Positions 42,101 to 57,100 of a stretch of 64,000 bases of DNA are shown here, in pieces. The DNA is taken from NCBI GenBank assembly GCA_030248215.1, contig JASANG010003984.1:248001-312000 (forward strand), written 5' to 3'. Each line of letters starts with the position of its first letter. Position 1 is the first letter of the stretch. The translations under genes and the position numbers were made by a program. The stretch comes from Enoplolaimus lenunculus (taxonomy: Eukaryota). The notes under the pieces were generated by a model that was given only the letters and a program-made list of their open reading frames with translations, ran no database searches and had not been told where the DNA came from.

Positions 42101-45100
42101 AGTTGGTGAAAGATAGGTCGTGTAACTTTGGAACCAGCGAACCTGAGTTTCGAAATTTAACACATTGTTCGTGTTTGATTTGCCCTACTTCTGTGCTAAT
42201 TTTGAGATGTGCAATTGCAGATGTTCGCCAGTTTGAAAACTTATCGCTAACTGATGATAGATGCTATACGCATTTGAGAATATGGGCCCTGCGCTAACGT
42301 TCCGGCATTGGTTTCGGCAAAGCCTTGGGATTAGGTTTATGGTCTGTATAGTGTTTTGCAAAACCTAAGTCAAATCTGAACCGTAGCCTAGACCTGACGG
42401 CGCAAAAAGGGCCTCTAATCATTCTGGTTCTCAGGAATGCTGGAAACATTCTGGACCGGGTGGAGCATAAATTGACACAGCGGCCACCTTATATTCGCAC
42501 CCTCATTTAAAATAATTAATTTCTGACGATTTTTATTGAAAAAATTTAAGCTTAGCGTTATCGAATACGTCGTCCAGATTTATTCCAAAAACCTGAACGA
42601 TCACAAGGCAACTATCACACCAACATCAACCATATCAGCGCCGTGTTAACCCTTTTACTCACATAGTATACTATGAGCAATTAAATACAAGTAATATACG
42701 AGCAACACAGACACTGTGAGCAGTGTTTAACACAAGACGTGAGAGCCGCCTCGTGTTCGAGCGTCAAGCTCCTATAGCTAAGTGATCATGGTAAACACCT
42801 TTTATCCCAGAGACTGGGGATCGAATATTACGTAAAAATTACATCTCATATTAAAATTGAAAATATTCATGTGAGAAAGGGTTAACCTTATCATCCTAAT
42901 TCGAATCTAGAACTATTTTAGTAACCTTATAGGTAAACGATTTGAATAAACACAGATCAAATTGGCGATTGTGGTCAAAACTAACACTAATACTGTCGGC
43001 ACAGACTCCTGAATTGTCAAATTTAGCTGCTTAGAGGTAGAACGTACACGGTTACACTGTAAATTCCAATGAGTTGATTAATCAATTCAGTTAGCGAGTT
43101 GGTTATTTTGGAATTAATATCAGTAAACATTAGTTCGCTCTGAGTTGAGTTGATTCTAGCTATGAGTTAAGTTGACTCTAGATGAGTTGATTAATTAACT
43201 CAGAATGAATTGAATCAACTCAAACCTCTAAGTTCTGATAGTCTTAACTCAGACTGAGTGATTCAACTCATTCTGAATTAAAATCAACTCACTGAAATTT
43301 ACAGTGTAGCCAGTTTTGTCTACGCTGTAAAGAACCTCATTGAATGTCAATTTGTCATTCAAGTAGCTCAGAAAGACGCTATCCACAGGTCACGAAATTA
43401 TTAGCCGGAAACGGATCCGGAAAAACGTAGGGTGCTTCACAGGTTAGTTGAGTTGCGCACAAATCCGGCCAAGGCCCATGTATAGAACAGAGCCGAATCG
43501 TTTTCCGGAGGGGCTATAATACAGTCAGTTTAAGCTTTAGACTATTTGTGCTTAGGCTTAGGCTTAGGCTTAGGCTTAGGAATAGGCTCATCCATACGCT
43601 TAGGTTTAGGCTTAGGCTTAGGCTTAGGCTTAGGCTTAGAAATATGCTTATACTATCGTTCCGGCGCTGTTCTATACATGAGCCCCGGCCACTAAGTTGA
43701 TGTCAATTGCAAATATTGCAACTACGTTGCTATAATTAGCTTTATTGACAAAATAAATTTGAATAACATGGATGTACTTCATGAGCACTCAAACAAGGCT
43801 CCATGATCCGGATTCTGTTCCCATAAAAAATGTGACAAAAAATCATTCAAACGAGTCGAAGTTTAGCCTGACCTGCCAGGAACACAATTTTCACTAAAAT
43901 AGCCAAATATAACAAATTATGCTTGCGTGCATTACAATAAGCTAACATAAAGTAATAAGGCAACTCAAGTGAGTCTGCGACAATTCGTCACCCGACACCT
44001 TGTCGCCGAACAGTTTGTCTAAAACCTATGAATAGATCTAAATATAATTCCACACGTGATCCTAAGCCTAAGCCTAAGCATTATGATGAGCGACAAATTG
44101 TCGTCACACCCCACTTTCTAGGTGGGACTTAAGTCGCCGACTGTCTTTCTGGCAACAAAGTCGTCCAGTACACTTATTGAACAGAGTTTATTGCGTCGCT
44201 TGCAAGCAACTCTGGAACAGAGTTTAAATTTAAAATCAACAAATTTACAAAATTCAATTTTCAAATAGCGGCTAGACTTTACCCGCAAACAATTATGCCG
44301 TCAGATCCCAATAGGATCAGCTATACCTTAAACGAGTAATCGATTCACGGCAGGCATTATAAGCACAAAATATCGCATTATATTCAAGTTAAATTGTCTC
44401 CAAAGAAATATTGTCAAATTGCGGTGAAAGCACTGTAGTGACTCGAATAAGAGAGGAAGACTCATATTTATTAGGCCTGTACAGAGGATACGCCCCTGTT
44501 ATTCGGTTGCGGACTGTTATTTATTTTTAAACCGCCCTGCGCCATCCTTCGTTACTGATATATCTGACATCGCAACTGTCCATTGAATTAAACGTTTATT
44601 TGTCTTGTATCAAAAGCTTGAGCGATAATGCAAGGTGGTTATGCTTACGAATGTTCTTTTAAAACTTAAGTATGCTTTAAAGTTTTGAACTTAACTTTAT
44701 TTGGTCCTGGAGTCATTTATGCATTACAATTAGGGGATAATTGACAATATGTGCTCTAATTAGGGTTTAGGGACTGTATACGCTTTAAGGACTCTTATTG
44801 ACTCTATACGCTTCACGGACTCTTATTAAACATACGAACTTCTATTGATTGGGACTCAAAATGGAGACCCCCTCTTACTACACCCTCTTACTCGGAACAC
44901 TGTCAATTTATTTGAAAAACTGATAAAGGTTAAACAAAGCAACGTGTCATGAAGAACCACAAAACCTTACGGGAGGCCAGTACTAAAAAGGGCCTTAGGA
45001 CCCCTCTCTTCAAAGGACGGTCGCTGAAAATTTATTTTTAAGAAAAATCAAATTTTCGAATTTAATTTCAACCTCGTCGCTGAAAATTTATTTTTAAGAA

Positions 45101-48100
45101 AAATCAAATTTTCGAATTTAATTTCAACCTCACACTTGGCATGCGCACTGGTGGATCCGATCCAAGGCGGGGCCGGGCCACTATGGATCAAAACCAACAT
45201 TTTGTATTAAGGTTTAATAACACCGAACGGCATTGGGCTGCTCTGGATCGCTCCTCTCGTGAGTTTCTCCCAGCCACGAATCTACGGTTTTCTAGCAGTG
45301 GGGCGTCCGAGGTTCGATGTGTTTTCGAATACGAAAGATTATATAAGCATGCATGTCTTATTTGATACACACCAGCAAATTTACAGAGGGCGGAAAGCGT
45401 GCGCCCCCCCTGTCGCAACCTTTTTTGTCATAAGATGGTAACGTCCCTGCATTACAATTTTTCCTCTCACAAAAAAACGGGCAAATACATTGCATACAGT
45501 AAAAATTGCGTTTCATAACTTTTTGCAAGTCCACTCACCCATCAGAAAATTGTGGATCCGCCACTGCTTATACAGTACACTTCACTGACCGTGTCTACCG
45601 TTGTATTTTTATAATATTTTTAAGCAGGCGTGTGTACCACACCAACGCTCCAAAACCCAAACGTCAAAAATAATCATTTCAAGCGACAACCATCATGTTT
45701 ACCACAATGCCAAGCGCTCTGGGACGCGTTCCACGTGTCCCCATAACACGTCATGGAACCACCCTAATAATCCATACCAGATAATGATGCTAAAAAATAC
45801 CCACGGATGTGTTTGGTGGATGTTTAAAAATTGAAAACATCCTCTGGTATCAAACAAAAACTAAAGGCTCAACGAGCTTACGTTTAAATATACAGGAAAT
45901 TGCTGCGATATATAATTAAACTATTATCGATATACAGGTATCACGACAATTCGTCGCCTGACAACTCGCCGCCCGACAATGTGTAATCCACAATTTTAGC
46001 GATTCGACACAATTGGTCACTCATCATTATGCAAATAGGCTTAGGCTTAGGATTACGCTTACGATTATGCTTAGATTATACATATAGGTAGTAGGAAACT
46101 GCTGGGCGACCAGTTGTCGTACGACGAATTGTTGTAGATTGCTGTAAAAAAATATCTATCGATATAATTAAAGCTAGAATGCTCCACATACGTATTTTGG
46201 ACAAGTTTCTAGCATATGTTTATTTTTTCAGGCTAATATGTTTATTTTAGGTAATTTATTTGTGGTGGAAAGCAAAAAAATACAGTACGAGCCAACATTT
46301 TAACCTACTAGCGACTTAGGCTTAAAAAATATTGTACAACGAATTATTACGAGTCGTATTTGGATGCCGATCCGTGCCATCCCAAAATCCGTCGGTAACT
46401 AAGCGACTGGATATTTTGATCTGGTTTATTTTGTTCCACATTATAAATTAAAAATTATGCTTAAGCTCAGGTTTAGGCTTAGGAAAACGTTTACCAAACG
46501 TTTAGGCTTAGCTGAGGCATTTCCTAAACCTAAACATAACTTTCAGACAAAAGAACAACAATGAAGCAAACCTCGCGAACGAAGCCAGTTTGATACCAGA
46601 TGCAATTTAGGTATTAAATTCAGCGGAAACAATTAGTCTCGGTAGGTTCTAATAAAAAAGGGAAGGATGTTTAGGTCAACATAGACATCCCTATCACACA
46701 AGCCCAGTGTTCAGTGGATAATCACTCAGGCAAGAGTTTGCAACTGATTCTTCACTTCAATTGCAGGTTTAGGCACTGCATTGAAAATGCAGTGGTCAAG
46801 TTAAAACGCAACGCGAGCTGGCTACATTTTATACTATTCAAGAAACGTGTATATATTATGAAATTTTGTTTATAAACTAAAAATGCGATTCTTGGTAAAA
46901 TCAACTTACCAACTTTACAGCGAGAAAACTCAACCAACTGTTACCATTAAAAACTAATTCAAAATTAGTAATTTTTTCGTTCACTCATTGAGGGTTAGAA
47001 CCCCGAACACCCTGCAAGAGCGGTCAGTGTGACACAAAGACGTCCAGACCGACGTGTAGCTATGTGTACCGTTACTGTGTTGTACTTTGAACCTGAGTCA
47101 AAATTTATCATTTGCGTTAACGTCAAATTAAAAAAAATTTCAATAAATTTGTTTGAAACACAAAATTGAAATTTGTAAAATTACTTTTCAACCCCAAAAC
47201 AGGCGTCCACGCTGCAGTTGGACACGCAGCCTAAAAAGTGAGGGTCAGACTCCACCCACAGGCCCCCTGGTGGTTTACGCCTATGTGTACAAGAACCCTT
47301 ATCGTTTAAACTCGACGACAAATCGTGCAACTGAATCGCTTTAAGTTTAGTTCAACTTTACTCCAAAATAAGAAAAACATGAATTTAAATACTCTACCAG
47401 ACATCAGATAATAATGATACAGGCTCGTAGCCAGGTCACTAGGCTTGTTGGGGCTAAAAAAGTTTTCAGGAAGGGCATACATGGGCCTTTTTTGACTTAC
47501 AAACAAGGTTGAAAATTTTCCATGTGGCGACAAAATGTTTCCAAAAGGGCTGAGGCCCTCGGCCCCCTACGGGCCTGTAATGATACCATTTGCCAGTTAA
47601 TTAATACCATACCTGTAAGCGTGTTGCAAGTTCAAATTGGTTAATGTTTATTCTTTTATGTGTTTATTCTTCGGTCGTTCATTGGCAACTTTTTAACGCT
47701 GCTAGTTGTACTAGCAATTAATTAACGAAACCTAACCAGTAGGCTCAGCTGTCAAAATGGGGTTTGAGAATCTCTAGTCCCTTAACCAAAAAACATGATT
47801 TTGGATGTTTCAAAGGGAGTTAATACTCAAACCAATGTTTAGCTTATCGCTCACATAGCTCGCCAGGAGTTGTTCGCAGTTTTGAACGTCGGATGCGGAC
47901 GATCTAGCAACCGAATCAACGTTTGGAACAACCACAAACTTAAATTAATTCATTGGGACGTGTCAATTTGAATGATACAACGTTCCGCTCACCTTGGGAA
48001 TACTTCTTAAGTCAACTTATACTGGAACTCCTGATTGCGACTGGGGGCGGACCCGACGTGGAAGGGGGGGAGCGGGATAGCGTCCCACCATAAAATGGTT

Positions 48101-51100
48101 TGTGAAAAATGGTAAGATCCCAGGGCCGGAGCAGCCACCCCCTACCCACCATTTGGGGGGGGCATCCCTAAAAGGGCCCCCACCCTAACCGGTTGAAACA
48201 AAAACCGTCTCAGTTTTAAAATGCATCTGTCTTCTCGCTCGCTTCGCTCGCGAGTTCGGGGGCCCCCACCCTGGAATTTGGGAGCAGCCCCCACTTCTGC
48301 CTGCTCCGGCACTGTAAGATCCCTTACATCACAAATTGTTACCTTTGCGCTGTTCATGAAATTTCGTTTAGATCTGTACTGTCTGCTGTTAGTATACTTT
48401 TATGGCCCCTAAGCCTATAACTAAGCATTAGCCTATGTCTAAGCAAACCTTTTTCACTCTCCAGGGCGCACCGCACGCTGGTACAGTGTGTTTCACGTCA
48501 ATTGTGCCAAGTTGCACACTCTTGTCTATAAGATTGATCATCCATTCTTGGTCTCGTAGTTAAAACCCCAAAAATTTCCAATTTTCCAAACCATTTCCCG
48601 TTGTTTCAAATCATTATTATGTGGAAAGACAAACTCTATTCAGCTGGAATCATCAATGAGAATCTTATACCATCAATATTCGATTTCCGTTTTCGTATGA
48701 AACTAAATCATCGAACAACAATTATTATTATTATTATTATTATTATTCTTGAAATTTTAAACGATCGGGACAGGAAAAAACAGATAAATGGGAAAATCAA
48801 AGACGCAAAGAGTCTTTATGAAGCCTTTTGAATGGAAACCAATCGTACGCCACCCAAAACGATATAAAAAAAGTTTAATAATCTAAAACCGATGACATAG
48901 CTACACTCGAAAAAAATGAGTAGACGTAAAAAGCATATTTAGCCTCCAGCAAATGATAGACGGCCCAGAGTGCGCAGTCGGCTGGTGGAGCGGTCTGTAG
49001 CTTAGTAATTTTTGTCTAGTGTGTCTGCTAATAAATGGGTCTAGCGCTATGCCCAGTTGGTGTGATAGGTGCTGTGAACTTTGATTGCAGTTTTATATAA
49101 TTTGTTTGAGCAACAACTGGAAAACTGAGCAATTTCAATTCATTCGCTCAGAAGTGCGACAGCTTAAACTTGCTAGTATTCTGAGGACCAGGGATGTACT
49201 GGTCCTACGGCCCATCGGGCTAATTGTAGGCGGTCAGTTGGAATTTGGGCCATTCAACAAAATAGGAAAATTTAACGGTTTAGTGATGTATCCCTGCCGG
49301 TTAGGTCAATATTCCACGGTTGGTTTTTAGTATCAGTTCGACCCTCGTAATAAAGTCTATCCAGAAAATCCTATCGCTAACTAGGGCTTGCGTTTAAGAC
49401 CCGATCCAAGCAGAAGATTAGGATTTAGAATAGAATCTTTAAGACGGCATATTCTTTTGTGTTTTGGAAGCTAGAAATTTCATAACTTTTTAAAGTTGAA
49501 GCCATATTTCTTTGACAAATGCTTCCACCACGAAACATTTCGTTCGACCAAATGGCAACACTGTCAATCATACAGACCCACTATTGTTCTCTAAAAGATT
49601 AAACTAATTTGATTTAAGCTTAAGGCAATCCAGCAGTATTAACTAACTTTCTAGATTAACTTTACTAACAGGTAGGTTTACGCTTAGACTCATTTGAAAT
49701 ATTACATATTTTCAGTTTAAGCTAAACTTAATGAACTCTTAGATACACATAATTTCTGTGCTGCACATGTTACTTAAACTAAAAATAAGTTTACTTAAAC
49801 TCGTGTTAAAATTAAAAACACATTAGTTTAAGTAAAACTTAAAATTCTAGTTTAGTTAGTCAGTCCATCCATTTAAGTTTTAACTAATAATCAAGTATAA
49901 TTCAGCTATAATTTAAGTTTAAGGTTTTAGAGAGTAAAACGGCGCACTACGAGTTTAGCCCCGCCTCACCAAATGCAGTAATTGGACCGGGCCAGAATTT
50001 AAAATTAAGCTTTTTTAAACAAAAAAAGCCACCAAAAAACGTTCATCCACGTCCAGAAACGGTCCTGTCCCCAATCTGGTGCGTACAAATGAAAAACCCA
50101 AAACCTACGAAAAATTTGAGCTTAAACTTATGCAGCATCCGCACGCCCGTTATATTGCCTCAGCCTTAGCAATGGCCAAAAAAATTACGATGAAACCAGG
50201 ATGCAATCGGAATTCGTTTTCCGATTAAAATTCCGATTCCGAATCCGATTGCACAATCGATCGGAATCGGAATTTCCACATTTTAATTTTATGCCTACTT
50301 GTTGTGATATGTTGTATAAATATTCTGCATCACTTATGTACTAAATTGCTTTCGACATGTTAAGTATCAATACCTGATTGCAGTTTAGCTTTACAGAGCC
50401 AAAAATTATTGCCAATTTGTTCATGCGACGTCTTTGAGAATTGTTGCCAGCCATCCGACTTTTTAAATCAATATTATACTTTGTTAATACAAATTATCCG
50501 CAAAGCCACAAATTTTGTAGTTCCGATTCCGCTACAAATTTACTGTTCCGATTCCGATTCCGGTATAATCCAGTTCCGCTTTGCACCCTGGGTGAAACAC
50601 ACGACAAAGCGAAGCTAAAGCTTATCTATGGAGGGCGAAACAAATTATTTTCAGCGAGGTTGAGCGCTATAGTCCGTGTCAGCGTCAAACTACGGTCTCG
50701 CAAGCTTAACCAATGCTCATCAGCATAACAATTTAGTTCTTAATCGACCATAATATGGTTTTTCTCACAAATGAAAAGTGACAGAAGTTGCAAAAATATA
50801 CGCAGATTTAGGAAGCTAATCGTACGGTGTACTGAGAATGGAACACAGTGTTGTTCACTTTTTGATAAGTTTCCATCTAAATTCGATAAATCGGCTTTCG
50901 AGTTACAGGTCGCACTATTTTGGGTACTGGTTTGTTCCCTTATAAGAGTCCCCCCCGCAAACATAATAAACGTATCCCCCGAAACACCTCGGCTGGAGGA
51001 GGGCCCCCAGTTCAAAAATGTGTAAACAACAGACGACAAAATCAATTTCAACAGCTCCATTGAAATCGAATGTCAAGTTTAATGGAATATGAATACAAAT

Positions 51101-54100
51101 ACTTTAAAATCTGGAGGGCACTAGCGGATCCACAAGGTGGGGGGTGGGTCGGTGGCGCATGCCCCCCGTCACAAAATGTTTTTATAATTAAACGGTAACA
51201 ATTATTCGGTCAGAAAATTGGCACAATATATAGCATACAGTAAAAATTGCGTTTTATAACATTTGCCAGAGTCCCGGGCACCGTGAGAATCTTCTGACCT
51301 GCTTGAGGTTTAGCTTTCAGGCCAGCTACCCGCAGCTGGAGCGGCAGCTATTTTAGAATACTTAGCTAATGCCCGGCCATTTAGTATTAACATTTAATGT
51401 TAACGATGATTATGAGTTAAATATATGGTTTCTTTCATATAACTCAATACAGAACTACAATATTAACAGGATATATAAGCGTGCGCAATGTCACAGTTAC
51501 ACCTTCTCAACGAAACCGGAAAACTTGGTATTGTAGTACTATTCAACATGTACAGATTTGAGCTGGTATTCTGAAACGCGTATAGCATTTATCACCGGCT
51601 AGCGATAGTTAATCAAACTGACGAACTTTTACAATTGCCGAACTCAAAATTGGCATATTAGTAGTAGGGCACCATGTCCAAAAACTCTGCCTAACTTCGA
51701 ATCTCTACGGTAACAATGACCTATCACCAACCAATGATACATGTTGCATACACATCTGCAATTACGCGACTTGAAACGAAACCTACGATTAGATTTAAAT
51801 TTAACCTTTCTTGACCATAGAATATAACTAGTAGCCAACTTTACGCAATGCGCAAAAGTTAGCGAACACACAACAGTCTACATCGTAAGTTTCTTTTCGC
51901 AGAACAATCACGTTTTTGTTGCAAGAAAATATTGTAAACAAAACAATGTTGCAAAGTTGCGTCCAAATTACGTATGTGAAGCATTCCAACTTTAATTATA
52001 TGGGCAATGAGCACAAACTGTGTACGCAAAATAATACCCAATGCGCTTAACAACTACTTATCCAGCGCAATATAACCAACCACAAGAGATAAAGTGATCG
52101 TTAGGATCGCTTACTGATGGTAAACGACTACCAACTAAGAAATCTGGTATTGCCAGATAACACGCGGTAATTGAACCTAAGTTTACTGCGATATTAATGT
52201 TAATTAATTTATTAGTTAACATTTTTGTACTTAACGCCGTACTAAATAATAGGCTGCTTTGCGATTGTGAGCAAATTATAAGTGCCGGATCGGGTTAGGG
52301 TGCCCCTCCCAAAATTTCGGGGTGCAGGCCCCTTGCGATAAAAAATTTTACAATTTTTTGTTTTAAATTTTGTTAGGGAGGGACCCCTTTTAGGGATGAA
52401 CCGCCCCCCCTAAATGGAGGGTATAAGGGTGGCTACTTCGGCTTTGTTTATAAAATCGGTACATTAAAGATTGCACCAATAAAATCATGGGCAAATATTT
52501 TTGGGCAAATATTCCACAACAGATAGAAAATTTCGCAGCAACAAAAACTCGCTAAAATAGCAATTTATACCCCCCTCGTCAAACGATTTCCAGTTGCAGT
52601 AAAAACAGTTTGGCCTATGTTACTTTCAGAGGCGTTTTATATCCTAGCTAAAGTACCATAGAACAAGCATAGGCTTTAGACTATTTTTGCTTAAACTTAG
52701 TTTAAGACTTATCTTAATGTTCAGAGGCTTAAAGCTTAGGCTTTAGAACATATACTTTATCTACGTTTTACACTCTTTAAAGTAACATATGGAATAGAGC
52801 AAGCATAACCTTTAGACTATTTTTGCTTAAATTTAGTATCAGCTTTAATGCTGAGAGGCTTAAGCTTAGGCTTTAGAAAACATACTTTATCTACGTTTTA
52901 TACCCTTTAAAGCAACATATTAGCCAACGTTTTCATCGATCTGATAGAATATTTAACATTTTCACGCCAAAATCCCTTCAAACTTACAATTTCTCGTAAG
53001 ATTGGAATTGCAGAAGCCGGACATTCGTAACATCGATATCGAGTTTGTAGCTGTGACGTCGTTATGATAGCTGACATATTAACGTTAGTGTTAAGATTAA
53101 GAATTTCACATTATTTTTAGAAAATTTACTATTATTAACGTCTAAATGTTGCATGCTGAAATTTTTTGCGACTTTCAAAATAACCTAAACGATCAGGGTG
53201 AAGCCTGCGTTAGAATTCACCGGAACCAAGACATGAAAAAATGCCGACACCAGAATTGGAACGCGAATTCCGGTTGCAGCCGGCAAGCGACAACGTGTGG
53301 CTCAAAAATTACTGAATGCTCGCCCAACCCTTTACCATGTCCCGAATCTCAAATAACATACAATTGCTTCCTCCATGATGGACAACTCCTGGTCCCGCGA
53401 GGTTGGCTGCGATTTCGATCCTTTCCGGGCACCGGTACAACTCGAAATCAGTGGCTCGTTCAAGCTGAAAATCGACCTCCGGCTTTGGTAAATTTTTTGT
53501 CACAATTTGTACCCAAATTCAGCGGCTCAAATTTGACGTATTTTATAAAAGTTGAATCGTTCAACTTGTAGTTTTTTGTCAATTTGGCAAAATTTTCAAA
53601 GTCTACAAATTGATATGAAATTTGTCAAAACGCTACGATCAAAACAATGTTTCGACCACAGTTGATAACTTATTGTTAAAATTCAACTGAGTTGGCGTAA
53701 TTTTAGCGTATATACTTGATTTTTCGTCACCAACAGCGACAGTTTCGTTGGTCTCGCAAAGTTTGTCGACTCCATGTTCCAGTTCCGGTTGTGGCAGATA
53801 TTGTCGATTTCCTGCTCCGGTTCCAGTTGTGGCAAATTTTTTGCCGACTCCATGTTCCGGTTTCGGTTGTAGCAAATTTGTTGTATTCCTTCTCCGGTTC
53901 CAGTTTTTTACACCTCCGGTTGTACCCTACTTTCGATAGCATGTTTTACAACTTACGTTATAGTTGAAAATCTATAGCGATGCTGGTTAGCTGACTTTAA
54001 CTGTAATTGACTACAATATTAACTGCCAAAAAACACAACAACGAGCGATGCTGGTTAGCTGACTTTAACTGTAATTGACTACAATATTAACTGCCAAAAA

Positions 54101-57100
54101 ACACAACAACGAACTAGCTACCTTGTGTTAAAATAAACTTCAGTCTACAAAATATATTTATATGTTTGATATTGACGAACATATACTTAAAATATTTATT
54201 ACAGTGCAACTGAAGAATAATTGCAATAAAGTGCAAACACTTCAGAACGACTGCGATTCGCTGCAATTTGTGCAGTAGCGGCCTTACGTCGGGTGTAAAA
54301 GGTTGGCGGCACGTTAAAAGATATCTAATTTTCACACCGTTGTCGCCCAACACTGTACTAAAGCCTTTGAACAAATCTAAGCATAACCCGAACCGTAACC
54401 CTTGAGCATAAGCTCTAATCCTAAATATAATAGTGACCAACAAATTGTGGAGTCAATAAAATTTCTGAATTTATAAGTTGTCGGGCGACGAATTGTAGTG
54501 ATACCATTTTCAAACCATCATTTTTCTCTTATTCTCTAGAAAATACATTACGGGTTTCACGTGTTCAATTTCGAACACAAATTCAACTTACGCGTTTGAT
54601 TCCAACGTAACAAAATGTCCCACATTCAAATTGGCTGCTGCTCACACTGAAAAAACGCCTGAAATGCGGGCTTTTAAAATAGAATTTGCAAATTGCGAAC
54701 GATGAATGTTCAACAACGAAACGTCTCCAAACAACGAAAATAATTCGGATTGAGCCTAGGGCTGCAGTCCCATAGCCAAGGGCCACAGTCCGCTAGCCAA
54801 GAGACACAGTCCCATAGCCAAAAGCCACAGTCCCATAGCCAAGGGCCACAGTCCCATAGCCAAGGGCCACAGTCCCATAGCCAAGGGCCACAGTCCCATA
54901 GCCAAGGGCGACAGTCCCATAGCCAAGGGCCACAGTCCCATAGCCAAGGGCCACAGTCCCATAGACAAGGGCCACAGTCCCATAGCCAAGGGCCACAGTC
55001 CCAGAGCCAAGGGCCATAGCCAAGGGCCACAGTCCCAAAACCAAGGGCCACAGTCCCATAGCCAAGGGCCACAGTCCCATAGCCAAGGGCCACAGTCCCA
55101 TAGCCAAGGGCCACAGTCCCATAGCCAAGGGCCACAGTCCCATAGACAAGGGCCACAGTCCCATAGCCAAGGGCCACAGTCCCATAGCCAAGGGCCACAG
55201 TCCCATAGCCAAGGGCCACAGTCCCATAGCCAAGGGCCACAGTCCCATAGCCAAGGGCCACAGTCCCATAGCCAAGGGCCACAGTCCCAAAACCAAGGGC
55301 CACAGTCCCATAGCCAAGGGCCACAGTCCCATAGCCAAGGGCCACAGTCCCATAGCCAAGGGCCACAGTCCCATAGACAAGAGCCACAGTCCGATAGCCA
55401 ACGGCCGCAGTCCCATAGCCAAGGGCCACAGTCCCATAGCCAAGCGGATGCAGAATGTACCCTGGCATTGGAAAATATAAAAGTTACTCAACATATAAAG
55501 AACAATACTGTTATCCTAACAAATCAGCAGAATTTATGATAAATCTTTCTATAACAACCATCTCATTAGTGCTATCCAATTTTAGCGGTTCAATGTGTAA
55601 CGTGGTAACAACACTAATAATCATAAGAAGTAAACGCTTTGAAACATCTCGAGGGTGACCTAAACAATCTTTAGGCTCACAACTCTACGAGAACGAGGGG
55701 GCAGGCGTCCCCCCACACAAACAACGGCGCTGCCTCCGTGGCAGAAAATTTATTTAATTGTATTAAAAGATTCGTATGGTAGGAAAATTTTCGTTGGCCT
55801 TTCTGGAAACCTTGACTCTTCGACTAAGAATTCCTAGATGTGGGTGTAAGCATGTGATAAATGCTTGTCCGTTATGTGTACATGCAATAACAGTGCAGTG
55901 CACCTTTATGTATGCAAGTCGGCATCATACGGTCGACAACGCGCATTGGTAAAAAATTTTGCGTTTCCGGGGCAAAACATGAACTTGGCCAAGTAGGCTT
56001 AGAAACTATAAAATTTCATAGCTAACTTCAGCTATATTTCATTTATATAGAATTCCAGTAACTAATCGCTACCCACCGAAAAATTTTGTATCCGACACAT
56101 TGGGCCAATGTATAGAACAGGGCTGGAACAGTAGTAAAGCATATTCCCAATGCTAACCTATTAAGCCTGAGGAGTACAAATGAGCTTCTACTTAAGCCCA
56201 AGCAAAAAAATAGTTTAAAGCTTAAGCTTTTCAGCAATCCCGCACAAAAACGTTCCTCTGCTGATCTTTACATGAGCCCGACAGTGGAACTTGAAATAAA
56301 CTATATTAATGGTTAATAAGCTGTTAAACGATTTAGCCAAGTTATTCAGAAGGAGGGTCACATCTTATCAAAATTTTGAAACCCGGTTCATATGTTACCA
56401 AATGGAGAGTTGCTAACTCCATGGTCAAAAATTACAACATAGGGTTTAACCCCAAAACGCCCCCCTGGCAGATCAAATGAGAGTCACTTAGTCCTAGACC
56501 ATCCAACGCAAACCAACACCAAAATGTTGTATTAATGATTTAGTCACTAAAACGGCGTCCAGGTTCTCGCTCGCGTTGCTCGCGGCCGTTTTTTCACTAC
56601 TACGTACGACTCGGCCTTTTCTGAATCCGCCTCTGGAAACACCCACCGCGGATTCGCCTATGGCTCGTGCTGCTTAGAGAATATCAACGTTTAGTTTCAA
56701 ACGCCAAACCCGACCAAAAATAAGACGTAAACCTAATTATTAGGTTCGCTAAAAACGGCTCAAAGTAAACTAGACGCACACATCGCAGATAAATACTTAA
56801 CCTACTGTTGCAAAACTTATTTTCTAAGCTCTCAACGGATTATTTCTTAAATTACCGGTTACTAATAAATTACATAGCTACACAAATTACAAAAAAATAA
56901 AAACAATAATATTGAAAGTAAAAAATAAAACAAATATAGTAGCAAAACTAGAAAAATCAGGTCAAAAACTCAAATTCATTAGGGCAATTAATTAATGTAA
57001 TGCATCGTCAAACTCCTTTGAATACACTGAACCGTTTGGCTGCAGATAATAATATATACCGGTCGTAGTGGTACTACATGTATTGAGCGAAGTTCCGATT

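Noticed and set aside
54710..55494. ORFs with GYGTVAL / MGLWPLA repeats
   Set aside because: Artefact of a 21-bp satellite; multiple frames are open.
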